The notes under the pieces are model-generated. The model worked only from the letters and a program-made list of their open reading frames with translations. It ran no database searches and was not told the origin of the DNA. Positions 13,251 through 31,100 of a stretch of 64,000 bases of DNA are shown piece by piece (position 1 is the stretch's first letter; each line of letters opens with the position of its first letter). The stretch lies in the NCBI GenBank assembly GCA_051294375.1, contig CM119268.1, positions 18,931,142 to 18,995,141 on the forward strand, given 5' to 3'. The DNA comes from Paraspadella gotoi (taxonomy: Eukaryota; Animalia; Chaetognatha). The translations under genes and the position numbers were made by a program.

Positions 13251-14906
13251 GCAAGCGAAGAAAAGAAAAAAAAAGAAAAGAAAAGAAAAGAAAAGAAAAG
13301 AAAAGAAAAGAAAAGAAAAGAAAAGAAAAGAAAAGAAAAGAAAAGAAAAGAAAAGAAAAGAACAAAAGAAAACCAAACCAAAGAGATCAATGAAACCCAT
13401 TAGAGAAAATAAAATACAAGAAAAATTTGAAGTTACTCAGTCTGCATTTTTTACGGTAGAGAAAAAAAAAACCCTTAAAATTATTGTTCTGGAAGAGTGA
13501 ATCGCTGTCCCGAACGAAAAAAAAAAACAAAAACAAAACAAAAGAAGAAACTGTTTAGCTGGAAATTCTTAGCGAAACAAGAAGAAGTAAATTGAGCTGA
13601 AGACGAAAGAAAGAAGGTGATCAAGGCGAAGCGAAAAAAGGAGGAAATGGGAAGAGAGAGATAAGGAGAGGAAGGGAGAAGGAAAGAGAAAGGAATAAAA
13701 AAAAGGAAAAGGTGGAAGAAGGGAAAGATAAGGAGAATGATGGAGAGGAAAATAGGAAGAAAATTTAAAAAAAAGGAAAGGATGCAAAAGATGAAAATGA
13801 GGAATTTAATGGGACAGGAGAATTGGGCAAGAAATAGAAAGATGGAGAAAAAGTTGCTGAATCTCTCTCTAAAAGTGTTCCAAAGAAAAAGTTTACATGC
13901 AGTAATAGTTGCCGTCAATGGTAAAAATATTTTTACTGCGCCCCAATTTCATACTGATCTAATAAGTATATTACTATAATTATTAATATGAAGATTTTAA
14001 CGGTGATAGAGGTGGAAGAGCAATGAACAATAAAAACAATTAAATCTGGAACGAAATAAGTGGATAAAAATTTGGGGCACAAGCCATGTCAAAAAAATAG
14101 AAAGAACAAGAATTGATGGTTAAATATTGAGAAAAAAAAGGAAAGAAGTCATGAGAAAATAAGAGAAAGGTGTAAAGTGTTTTTCTAGTATCAATCTGTC
14201 CCCCGGGGAGAAACGGTGACAAGTGGGAGTGATAAGACAATCGGCAAAAAAAGGAAAAAAAAAAGGAAGAAAACCGAAATGGATTCCTGGTTTTTTTTTC
14301 TCGGTCAACGAGGGAATTGAACGAAGACCGAAACCGGACTTCCGCCCCATTTTGCCGGATGACCCGGACCGAGGGAGCCGGCCGGACGAGTCCTCCTTTC
14401 CGGAAATGTCTCGGGACGGATACATGAGAAAATAGAGAGAGATAGAAAAAAGGGAGAGAGAAACAGAGGAAGAAAGAAAGAGAGAGAATTTGAATTTGAA
14501 TTTGNNNNNNNNNNNNNNGGAGAGAGAGAATTTGGTACTGATTCCATTTGAAGGACGGACCCCAGGATTATTGATTTTGGATTATGTGTTATATAAACTG
14601 GTGGACAGATATTTTTCAGGTTCGGAGGGAAAAGTCGGGTTAAGAAGAAGGGAAAAAGAAAAGAAAGAAATTTTGTCCCAAGGATTTCACTTTTGACCTT
14701 TTTTTCTGAATAGAAAAATTACTGCTGCAGGCAGTAAGTTTCAAAAATAACTTTTCCTTTATAATTGCTTTCTATACATGACAGAAATGCTCAGCCTGTT
14801 CATTTCGTANNNNNNNNNNNNNNNNNNNNNNNNNTTACACGTGCCGAGAGATGTGTTACATCGACTGTTATGTATGGGACGCAGCGCTGTATCTTAAATC
14901 ACAGGA

Positions 14907-18598
<3,692 letters not shown>

Positions 18599-19171
18599 CA
18601 TTAGAAACAATAACAACGATAACATCATCAGAAACAGCAGAAGCTTCGAAAACAATCCCACTAAATTTGCTGTACATATGCCTACTGTCGAGAAATTCTG
18701 ACTACAGCCGAAAGGGAATATCTTCTTATCTCATTCTCTCTCTTTCTCGATCTGTTCTCACTCCTGCGCCCGTTTTGCGCGCACATTACGTGCGCGTGTG
18801 GGCGATACACGAGACGCACGTGCGCAAGAAATTCGAGAGCAGCGATCTTTGGGATACTTGTTCGCGCGGGAGAAAAATGTGCGAATAAAACTTAAAATCG
18901 TTAAATAATCAACAAAAAAGTAAACAAAAACATACAAACAAAGCATAAAAATATATTTTCTAATTCCAAAGAATTATGTATACCAATTACGTATACCAAT
19001 TATGTGTACCAATTTCATATATATAGTAAAGTTCACGCCGATTTTATCTTACCATGGATTAACAACCTCACGCAAATTTTGACTCGTATTCGTTGATCCA
19101 CGAAATAATTAATTTTTCTTAAATCTCAAGAATTGAATCGTTTTATCGTCCGTCATAAACGTTTCCTCATC

Positions 19172-22100
19172 ATGGACGCTGTCGCCGCAGATATCGACGC
19201 TGGCGTCGTTCCGGCTGAGCGCTCCTGCGCCGCCGCACCCTCTGACCATTCCGCCGCCTTCGCCTCCGCTTCCGCTTCCGCCTTCGCTTCCGCTTCCGCC
19301 TCCGCCGGTACCGCTCAACCTATCGCTTCCTCGCCAGACCCAGTCGAGCCGGAGGACGGTTCCCGCTTCCGCAGATCCGTCAAAGACATGATTCGTTTTT
19401 TCAGCGGAGGATTCGGCACATCCAAGTCGCCATCGCCCACAACGACCCCATCGCCTAAAATCCTACGCAAATCGGCTTTTTCCTCCCGATCGGCTTCATG
19501 CCCACCGTCTCAGCAACCCGAGAAGCTCGGTCAGCCGCCGTCTCATCAGCAGCAACCATGGAGCTTTCTCCAGCAGCAAAAATGGCGTAAGAAGCAGCAG
19601 CAAGAAGTCGCTGCTGAGATCGTTGACGTCGTGTCGTCCAGTCAGAGGCCAGCAGCAATTGGTATCCAGGACGAAAATATCGAAGAGACCGGCGGTATTT
19701 GGATAGGTTATGAAAAAGATGAATTTGTCAGAGACGATGGCTTGGAATGGGTTGACCGCAATGATCCTTTCCAACAAGGTTTTGTTCGTTCCGTTTCGCC
19801 CGAAGGTTTAGCCACTGTGGAGGAGCAAGAAGAGATGTGGGCAAGGTCAGAAGCCAGGGTTCACGGTCGTATCGAAGTAAGCGAGATGAGCAGCAGTCAT
19901 GGGGATGGCATGTTCCTTACTCGGTCCGAAGCCATTGATCAAGACTATGGATTTGATGGGTTTGGTCAAGCAGCTTTACCTGCTTTTGATAGAGACTATG
20001 GAGTCAGTTGGAATGATGATAAGAATTTGACAACAACCGGCATCAATCCTCCCAACTATCCGGACAACCGAAACGATTGCTCCAATCAAGTTTTTACGAA
20101 GTCTGTTTCTCCGGCCTTTGATCGCTCTAGCCAAGCCGCTGCTGATGCCGTAGCAGCATGCGCAGCTGCCGTAGCCGCCGCCGAAGACTCGGAGGATCTA
20201 TCTGATCGACATCCAATTCTATTCAGACGAGCTCAAAGTTTAGACCAGAGAGTTTTGGCAGATATGGCCGGGCAGAGGATTCAACCCATTGAAGAAGAGA
20301 GAAAGAGGCCAAAAAGTGATGTCATAGACATTTCTGATAATTTGGTTGAATCAAAGATGAGCTGCGAAGTTCGTTCTGTTACCGATCAAGAACTTATGGA
20401 CTATTATGCAAAGATTCATGATCAGTGTGTGCATTCGGAATATCCCAATGCTGATCCTCAAGTATTATCTCATTCTCCAATGAATTTAAATAATTGCCTA
20501 ATTGATACTATGCCATCTGCATTGAAGCAATCTTCATCATCAACACATCGATCATCTTTGAGAATGGAGGTCAATGTTGAAAAGTCTGCGCAAATTTTAA
20601 ATGAATCTTCATTAAAGACAGAAACCTCCACTAAACAGACAGTCACATCAAAGCTGCTCGGAGAAGCTTCATCGAGAACTCTGCCACCTGCATTATCTCC
20701 AAAATCAAAAGCAGCAACCACATCATCAGTTCTTTTAGCAGAATCCTCAGTTTCAACATCAGCATCAACTGTCTCTTCTAGAACACTGCCACCGGCTTTA
20801 TCCCCGAAGTCAAAATCATGCACTTCAGCTCCGGCTTCTGAAATAAAGTTGGTTTCATCATCATCATCAAAATTGCCACCAGCATTGTCACCAAAACCCA
20901 AGACTCTTACAAAGTCAGTAACATCATCATCAGTTTCACATTCTTCTAATATTTCATCTTCACCAACGAATGAGTTAATAAAAACTAAGTCAGCAGTACA
21001 AATAGATTCAGATCCTAAGTTTAAAATAGGTATAAGTGATGAACTTAAAACTGTTACTGATAGTATTGAAAAAACAAATGATTTTAAACAAATTGACAAG
21101 CTAATAGATAATAAAAAAGATGACAAAATTCTTCCAAAACCGGAAATTAAATCTGATAACTCTGATGTGGATTTATCTTTTAAGATAGAAATGAGTGACT
21201 CGGGAGGAAATCTTCACAGTAAAAAGCCTAAATCAAAGGAAAAGGAACGAAAGAGAATGGAAAAAAGGGTGGTTCAATTTGCAGAAGAAAAAAATAAGAC
21301 CAATAGCAACATTCACCCTGAAGAAGTCTTAGTTGATAAAATGATAAGTGACAATAATGAAAAAAAAATTCCAAAAATATCAGGCAAAGAATCAACAAGT
21401 GATTCTGATAAAGCTGAGACAAATAAGACTACCAAAGAAACTTCTAAGATTAAGGGAGAAGAATCCAAAGAGAAAGATATTTCCAAAAGAGGACCTACTG
21501 AAAGCCATCGTAAAGAAGCAAAAAAGAGTTCTGCACCTGAAAATGAGTTAGAAAAAAATGAAAAAAGTAGAAAAGAAAAACGAACCTCTCCTAAATCTGA
21601 AGAAAATGTACAGATGAAAAGGCATAATTCAACAGAGAGAAAAAAAAAAGAAAGAAGTCAATTCATTGAAAAAAGTGCTGTTACAAAAAAAGAGATTGGC
21701 AAAATTTCAGCAGAAAAATATGAAAGTTACATGCAAGAAAATAAAATAGATGACACTAAAAAAAAACATGTTAGTAAAACTAATGAAGGCAAGAAAGGTA
21801 TCATTAAAAGTTGGTATGATCAAACGATAGGTCATATAACAGATGACTCAAAAAATGATGACAGTTTGTTGGGTAAAAATGAACAATTGGATAAGATGTT
21901 TCATATGAAAAACACTACTGACCATCATGAAAACGCAATAGTGAATAAAACTCCAGAAATTATAAAGGGTATTCTAAAAAATGGGACTGGAAAGCGAGAC
22001 TCCTTCAAAATTGGTGAGAGTAGTATTCTAAATTTAAATGAAGGAAATAAGGCAATCGAAGTTTCCCAGAAAGATGACCTCAAAACAGTTACTCCTTCTA

Positions 22101-25100
22101 ATGGGAGTGATCATAATATAATTGTTAAAAAACATCGTGATAAGTCGCCCTCAGATAAGCATAAAAAAAGAATTCCAGAAATAAACATAGGCGACATTGG
22201 GAAAAAAAGTAATTTGGTAGAAAAAGAGAAAAGTAAAAAAATTAGCAAAACTGTTGAAAAACAGGAGACTGATGTAAAAAATATTGATAAGTCTGGAAAT
22301 CTAGAAAAAGAATCAAAAGAAAAAAGTTTAAAACATAAAAACGTTTTAGACAAAAACACAAACAATGAAGCAAGTAATGTAATTAGTAGTAAAGAAAAAG
22401 AACATGTCGGGGAAAAAATAAAGAGTAGTTCGAAAGAAATAAAACGAACAGGAAGTAAACATGGTACTGATAAAGGTTTACCTCATCACCTTGAATCTGG
22501 GAAAAAAGATAAAACTGTAATTGGTGATACTGAAAGCCAAGAGGGAAAAAGGTCAGAAATATCATCCGAAATTAATTTTGATCTTGCTCAGAGCAATAAC
22601 CTTCATTCAAAAAAGAAAAGTTCAAGAGATAAAAAGGCTGAAAAAGTTTCAAGCAATGGTCAAAGTAAACATGAAGTAACCACTTTAAAGGATAAAGAAA
22701 TCAAATTAATTGTCAAAACTGATGAAAATAGCATAGTAAAAAATGAAACTAAAAAAAGAGAAGCTGAAGGAAGAAAACAAAAAAATGAATTGTCTATTGA
22801 TTCAATAAAAAGTAAAACCAAAAAACGAGAAAATATAAAAGATGATGATAAAAGTAGTAACAGTCTCTCCATCAAAATTAAGCAACAGAGATCTGATGTA
22901 GATAGTAGACAAAACATCATCCAAGGTTCTGATCAAGTTATAGAAAAAGAAGATTTTCTTCCTGATTTTGGAATTGATGTAGATGAGAGTCAACATTTAC
23001 ACTCAAAGAAACCAAGTTCAAAAGCAAATAAAAACCTTAATTCAGACACAAATAGTTCTTCTACAAACATGGAATTAAAAAAAAATTCCATTAAGCAACC
23101 TGATAACCCAAAATACATATTAGATACATATGAAAACATTAATGCAGAAAATGAAAAAAAAAATAATGATTCTTTAACAGTAAAAAATTTTTTGACTACT
23201 AATTCTTCAAGGAAAATTGATAAAAACGCGTCACTTGATCTTGAGATCAGCAAAAAAGATAACAGCATGAAGGAAGTTCAACCTTCCTTTTATGCAATAG
23301 AGCCTTCTTTAAAGTTAGATTTGAAAGATAAAAAGCAAGTTGATAAAGCAGTTACGGCTTCTCCAAAACCTAAAAAAAGTATTGAAAAAAATGTACCTAT
23401 AAAAATTGATACTAATAGCTTAGAATCAATTAAAAACAATGATCAATGTTTAACTGGAGAAAGTAAAAATAAAAAAATGATAAAAAGTGAACATGAACTC
23501 TTTATTAAAACTGTACCTGATAACCTTCAAGGTAGTATTACAAAAACTAACAATGAGAAAATTGAATTTAATAAAAACTTTATTCATCAACTGGAATTTG
23601 GCACCCAGATTTCTCCAGATTCTGAAAAAATTGAAGAGTATTCTTCTCTAGAAATTCCTGTTGATATGGATCAAAGTGAAAACTTGCATTCAAAAAAAAT
23701 AAGTAAAAAAGCTAAAAATAAAGCTGATGATAATACAAATATAGACATTCCCACAATAGAAAATAAAAACAATAGATTAGATATTGATGAAAGCAAAGAA
23801 AAAAATCATGAAATACATAAAATAAAAGAAACAAATTCACAAAAAGATTTGGAAAATAGTATGGAGATTAAAGGAAATGATTCAGAAAATTTTACAGTGA
23901 AAACAAGTCTCAAAATTCCTTTAGCGATAGAATCAGATACAACATGTGATTTAAATGCAAAAGAGTTACTTTTGAATGAAAAAATGACAGAAACAAACTC
24001 TATTAGCTCTGACAAGTTAAGAATTGATACAAATTCATTCATAAAGTTAGACACAATAACAAATAATTTAGATTCACCCTTACCTATTCAATCAAATTTA
24101 ATAGCTGACAGAAATACAAAAGAATTGATCCTTGATTCAATTATTTCGGAGTCTGATTCTTACTCAGAAATTGTGTTTAACAAACCTCAATTTGATATCA
24201 GTTCATATGTTAAATCACCTATTAATTTGGATCTTAATTCAGATTTAAACTCTAGTATTTTAGAAAATACTTCTATTATACCACAGGATACATCTATAAT
24301 TAAAGATGATAAAAACCTGACAGAAGATTCTGTTCCAACGGATTCACTAATGATTAGTACTCTAAAAACATATAAGTGTGGAGATATAAATTCAGCTGCA
24401 GATTTGGGTGATGTCCTGGAAAATGATTTAAAATCAATGTCAGATCTTAACACAGACAAGCCACGATTTGATTTACAGTCATTTATAAAGTCAGATTCAA
24501 TGACTTCAAATCTAGAAATTCCCTTAACTTCCAAATTGAATTTTATTCCTGATACAATTGAAAATGATAGATATTTAGATCCAATAAATATAGAATCTGA
24601 TTTAAAATCTAACTATATTCCAGAAAAAACACATTTTGATATCAACTCATACTTAAAGTCTTCTGTAAATACAGAACTACACTCGGAAATTGAATCAAGT
24701 ACAAATGATATTATAAATGTCGCTCCATCAGTTGTAAGTGTTGATAATTCGATAAATAATGACATAAATAAAATAAAAGAAATACAGAATAGAGATAATA
24801 CAGACTTATTGGTAAATCATGAAGCCATTCATATCCAAAAAGAAGTAGATGAGCAAGAAAAGTTTATGATGACACCCAACAAAGTAAATGCACAAGTATC
24901 AGGTTATTATGTTGAAAACCTTGAAGGAAATTATAATGGTTTTATTGAAGTCAAGTCCGATTCATCAGAAAATGTATTCAGTAAAAAAACCTTTCAAACA
25001 GGCAAAGCTGACAATGATTCATCCATCATGTCAAATCTCACACAAGATATACCTGAAGAGAAACTTCGATTTGATCTTAACTCATACATTAATACAAATT

Positions 25101-28100
25101 CTTTGATGACAAATCTGGAAATGCCCATGGAAAAATTGGAAAATGTAAATTATGAAAGAAACAAAGAAAATTTGGTTATAGATTCTTTAAACTTTGAAAC
25201 TGAATTAGAATCAGAAACGGCTAAGACTGTAGAAAAGCCTCATTTTGATGTTAGCTCTTATATTCAATCATCTATGAATATGGACCTAGATTCAAACTTA
25301 AATTCAAGTGCTCCTGCCATTGATGGTTCTGTGGGTGAAAATGCAACCATTGATAGATATAATTTAATATCTGATACTATGAATTTTTCGAAGGATCACA
25401 TTACAATTGATAATCCTAAAATTATTTTACAAAATCAAGAAAATATATTTACATTGGACGATAATGTAACTGATCAAAATCTTCAAATTATGGATGTTTC
25501 AAAAAATGTTGATGATATTAATTTAAATATTACTCAGGGCAAGACGATAAATGATCTATTTATTAATTCAAACGATAAGAAGCCTTATGTCAGCTCAAAC
25601 AAGCCGAGATTTGATGTAAACTCATACATACAGTCAAATGCATTGGTAGAAAATTTTGAACTTTCTTCAACTGATGTATCAAATAATAACTCTGAATTAA
25701 ATAAAAAAGATAATTTACACATTGATTCACTTAATTTTGAAGGTGAATTTGGCCAAGAGACTTTTGTTAGCCAAGATAAGCCACGCTTCAATATTGATTC
25801 ATACATCAAATCAACTATGAGATTGGACCAAATTTCAGATAAAACCAATGTGATGCAAGATATTAGCTCAGACAAACCTAGATTTGATGTAAACTCATAC
25901 ATACAGTCAAATGCATTGGTAGAAAATTTAGAACTTTCTTCAGCTGATGAATCAAATATTAACTCTGAATTAAATAAAAAAGATAATTTACACATTGATT
26001 CACTTAATTTTGAAGGTGAATTTGGCCAGGAGAATTTTGTTAGCCAAGATAAGCCACGATTCAATATTGATTCATACATCAAATCAACTATGAGATTGGA
26101 CCAAATTTCAGATAAAACCAATGTGATGCAAGATATTAGCTCAGACAAACCTAGATTTGATGTAAACTCATACATACAGTCGAATGCATTGGTAGAAAAT
26201 TTAGAACTTTCTTCAGCTGATGAATCAAATATTAACTCTGAATTAAATAAAAAAGATAATTTACACATTGATTCACTTAATTTTGAAGGTGAATTTGGCC
26301 AAGAGACTTTTGTTAGCCAAGATAAGCCACGCTTCAATATTGATTCATACATAAAATCAACTATTAGTTTGGACAAAATTTCAGATAAAACCAGTGTGTT
26401 GCAAGATATTAGCTCAGATAAACCTAGATTTGATGTAAACTCATACATACAGTCAAATGCATTGGTAGAAAATTTAGAACTTTCTTCAGCTGATGAATCA
26501 AATATTAACTCTGAATTAAATAAAAAAGATAATTTACACATTGATTCACTTAATTTTGAAGGTGAATTTTGCCAAGAGACTTTTGTTAGCCAAGATAAGC
26601 CACGCTTCAATATTGATTCTTACATAAAATCAACTATTAGTTTGGACAAAATTTCAGATAAAACCAATGTGTTGCAAGATATTAGCTCAGACAAACCTAG
26701 ATTTGATGTAAACTCATACTTACAGTCAAATGCATTGGTAGAAAATTTAGAACTTTCTTCAGCTGATGAATCGAATAATAACTCTGAATTAAATGAAAAA
26801 GAGAATTTACACATTGATTCACTTAATTTTGAAGGTGAATTTGGCCAAGAGACTTTTGTTAGCCAAGATAAGCCACGCTTCAATATTGATTCTTACATAA
26901 AATCAACTATGAGTTTGGATCAAATTTCAGATAAAACCGATGTGATGCCTGATATTAGCTCAGACGAACTTAGATTTGATGTAGACTCGAACATGCAGTC
27001 AAATGCATTGGTAGAAAAGTCAGAACTTTCTTCAGCTGATGAATCCAATATTAATTTTAAATTAAATAAAAAAGAAAATTTTCATTTTGATTCGCAAAAT
27101 TATGATAAAGAGAATTTTGTTGGCCATGATAAGCCACACTTTGATATTGATTCTAAAAAAAATTCAACGATAAGTTTGAATACAAATTTAAATATTGATT
27201 CAAATGTAAAAAAATCAGGTTCTATATCTGCATTATCTCCCATTATGATATCTAAAGATGTAGAAAGTAAAAAATATTCTATATTACTTTCTCAAGATAT
27301 TTTGAAAGAAGATAGGCAGAATGCTAAATTTATTGAAACTGAATTAGAAAATATAAAAATTGCAGAAATTGATCTAAAGGATAAATTAAAAAATGAAAAT
27401 AAAAATGGTGAATACATTAATGGAATTAATTTTAATACAGAAAAATCAAAAAGCACAATGGAAGGTTCTGACATACTAACGATTGATAAGTTTTTGCTGT
27501 ATAACAAAAACTCTGAAGATGAAAAAACTGATAAAATGGGAGAAGAAAAAAGTTATGTAGAAAATAAAGCTAAAATTGTTAATACCAAAATTCTTAAAAG
27601 TGACAACAAAGCTTTTAAGACTGAGAATGAAACTATCACTGAAGACACCATTGGAAGTATATGTAGTATTGAAAAACATAATGATGAGAATGAAATACAG
27701 ATTTTAAATATTAAAAAATTTGGTCAAGATGTTGAAAAACCAAATGATCATAGCATGAATTTAACCACTCATCATTTTGAAACGATTGAGTGTAATTCAG
27801 GTGATAAAAATGTACAAAATACCACCGAATCTGATAGCAGTATAAAGCTTGATTTGATAAATGCTCAAATAGAGAGAGATAAAACTTTCCGTCAAATTCT
27901 TGAAAGAGTTGAAAAATTAGAAAGATCAAGAAGTTTGAGAGAGTCTAGAAAACCAATATCCATTATTCCAAAGCAACGGTCTATAGAACTTGAAGAGATG
28001 AATCTCGCTAAAGTAAAAAAGCTTCAACAAGAAAGTAAAACATTTTCTTCAAATTCTTCAAATTCTAATTCTTTTAGTAATAATAAAACACAGGAATCCA

Positions 28101-31100
28101 ATAAAAATTTAATTGCTTTTGGGCCAAAAGAAGCAGACATAGGTATATCAAATGAAATTGGTAATGAAAATAAAGATATGAAAGTCCTTACAAAACAAAC
28201 TAACCTTGAAAAAACAAAAACCCAAGAAATTGGAGAGCCAGTAGTAAAAAATTCAATAGTTACACTATCTTATATTGAAAATCAAAGTAATGTATCTACT
28301 GAACTATTACAAACTAATTTTGGGATTAGCTCTGCTTTAAAAATTGATGATAAAAACCAAAAAGAAGACAAAGCAATACCTAATGTTGATGAAATAGAGA
28401 CAAAATTTGTCATATCACCTAAAAATTTTGAAAATTCTACTGAAGTTGATATTGGAAGTGAAAATAATTCAAAAATGAACCCACTGAAAAGTATTACAAA
28501 AGATTCAAGTTTAATAGCCACTGATATAACTAACTTGAAGGAATCATCCTCAGATTTGACTAAAATCAATTCTGAAGTAATCTCTCTTATAAAGAGTGAT
28601 ACTAAAAACCAGGAAGAAGCAAAAGCAGATACATTAGAAAGTAATGTAGAAAATAGCTCAATTAGTAATAAAAATCAAAACAAACAAGCAATAACCTTGT
28701 CACAATCAACTCTTGATAAAACATCTGATGTTTCGGTTGTGAGAGTTAACATTGGAGAACAAAAATTACCTAAGAAAGAAGGATTGAAAATAAAATCTGA
28801 ATTTTTTTCTACTGAAAGGTTGGATTCAAAAAATGATTCAATCATCCTAGAACCCAAGCTAGAATTAAAAGACCAAAAAGAAACCAAGGCAGATACATTA
28901 GAAAGAAATATAGAAATTAGGTCAATTGATAATAAAAATCAAAATGAACAATCAATGAAAATATTACAATCAAATCTTGATAAAACATCTGACATTTCGG
29001 TTTTGAGAGTTAACATTGAAGAACAAAAATTACAGAAAAAAGAAGGATTACAAATAAATTCTGAATTTCATTCTACTAAAACGTTTGATTCAAAAAATGA
29101 TTCAGTGATCCCAGAACACAAGGTAGACAAGCCCCGATTTGATATAAAATCATTTATCAAGGCCGATGATTTACAAAAAAATCTGGCCTTGCCCTCAGGT
29201 TTAGACTCTCAACAAATTTTTGATATAAATGTAAATGATTTAGATAATATTAAATTAGATTCTAAATTAACTTCAGACAAACCACGGTTTGATATCAATT
29301 CGTACATAAATTCATCTATGAATTCGGATCTGGATATTGACATAAATTCCAATACAATGGCAGATAATATTTCTGGATTTAAGCCTGCTCAAGTATTAGA
29401 CTTAAACAAGAGCTTTAAGTCGGATGTAGCACTTAGCACAAACGAAATCAGTAGCAAAGACAAAATTACAGTAGAGGTTGATAATCAAAATAACAAGAAT
29501 AATAAAGATGTAGATAAAGAAAACAAATATTTTCAAAAAAGCATTGATCAGATTTACATACCAAAATATATGGAAAAGGATGAAATTAATATGACCAAAA
29601 GTTTACAAGAAAATATAGCTGAGGAACAGTGTGAAACTGCACTTAGACCTTCAGAGAAAAACCAAAATGCAAAGATTGAGGAGTCCAACGTTGTTGTATC
29701 TTCCTCTTATAATGTTTCTACAGTGAGCCAGCAATCCCCACCCCAAGCTATCGCAACCAAGTCTTCTTCTCTGGTACCCTTAATGATTTATTCCCCTGAA
29801 GATTCCAAACCCCATCATTCTGCAGTGATTGAACTCTATTCACCTGATGCAAACTCAACTCTACCCCCTCAGGTAATAGATATTCACTCTCCCACGACAT
29901 TAATTGTTCATTCACCAACTACTATGACGGTTCATTCCCCCAAAACATTGAATGCTTTGCCTCCAACGACAATGGATGTTAAAAGCATTGAGATGCACAA
30001 AATCATGCCAAATTATGATGGGCAAGAACTTCAAAGACACGAACAGCAAATGGTACAACAAAATTTAGAAGGGAAACATTTCATACCATCAGTTGCCCAA
30101 CACAATTCTCTAACAATGATGAATTCAAGAGAATATCAAACCATGAATAAAAATATATTTCCAAATTATTATTCCTCTCAGAATGAGTTTTACTCAACTT
30201 CGCCTTTTAGTAGAACAATGGCGCCTGGTCATGATTGGCATGGGTATCTGGATGAAGGATATGACCTTGTGGTTCATGATGAATTTGATGACATTCCTAG
30301 TGGTAATACTGAGGAAGGGATGAGGCGTCATGATCCAGGCTATATAGATTCTACTTATGAAACCATGCTCATGGAAGAGATGCAAAGGGAAGAATTCACT
30401 GACTATAATTTGGAAGAAATGCGAGGTTCAAGCATGGAAAGGGACTGTGGAATGGGAGAGATTTTAAAAAGAACCGGGATTCAACAGCCTGGTATATCAA
30501 CTTTAAGAAACTTGGAAACAGCAGTACTGAATGACACTCCTCTTCCAAAATATTCAGAGCAAGTGTCACATTCTAATTTAATTGATTCTGTTGGATCACT
30601 CGTCGACCAGAAAAGAGAAGTTCAGGTTGAAGAAATCGAGATAAGAGAGAGAAAAGATGATCCAGATGAATCCACAGACATGGTTCCTGAAATCGAAACT
30701 TTCATTAAAGAAACGATGAAGCCTCCAACACGCAGACAATCCCACCAAGATTTTCTTCTTGGTTCAATACACCAACAGATCTTATTAAAACATCAGCTGC
30801 AAAAAGAGGAAGAAAAAGTACAGCAAAAAGAGCAGGAAACGAATCAAAAGGTTTCCCCTATTAAGACGCCACCAAGTAAAAAAATAGCCGAAGATTTGGA
30901 GGGCCTACCTCCTGTGAAACAACTTGAACAAAAACAGCTGCTACAACGACGTCAACAACTGGACGAACAACTGCAAGAGCTCCAACAACAAAGGCAGCAT
31001 GATCAACAACGACGACTAAGACAACAGCAACAAATAGCTCAGCGTCAACATTCCCATGAATCGATTCCGACTGATCCTTCTCTTGCCGCTGCAAGGAAAC

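Noticed and set aside
14220-14440. GC-rich 70-aa ORF
   Set aside because: No splice sites in a consistent phase; it lies next to gaps in sequence with inflated homopolymers, probably unpolished.
25585-26883. 341-aa and 87-aa - strand repeat ORFs
   Set aside because: Antisense shadow of the 273-bp coding repeat.
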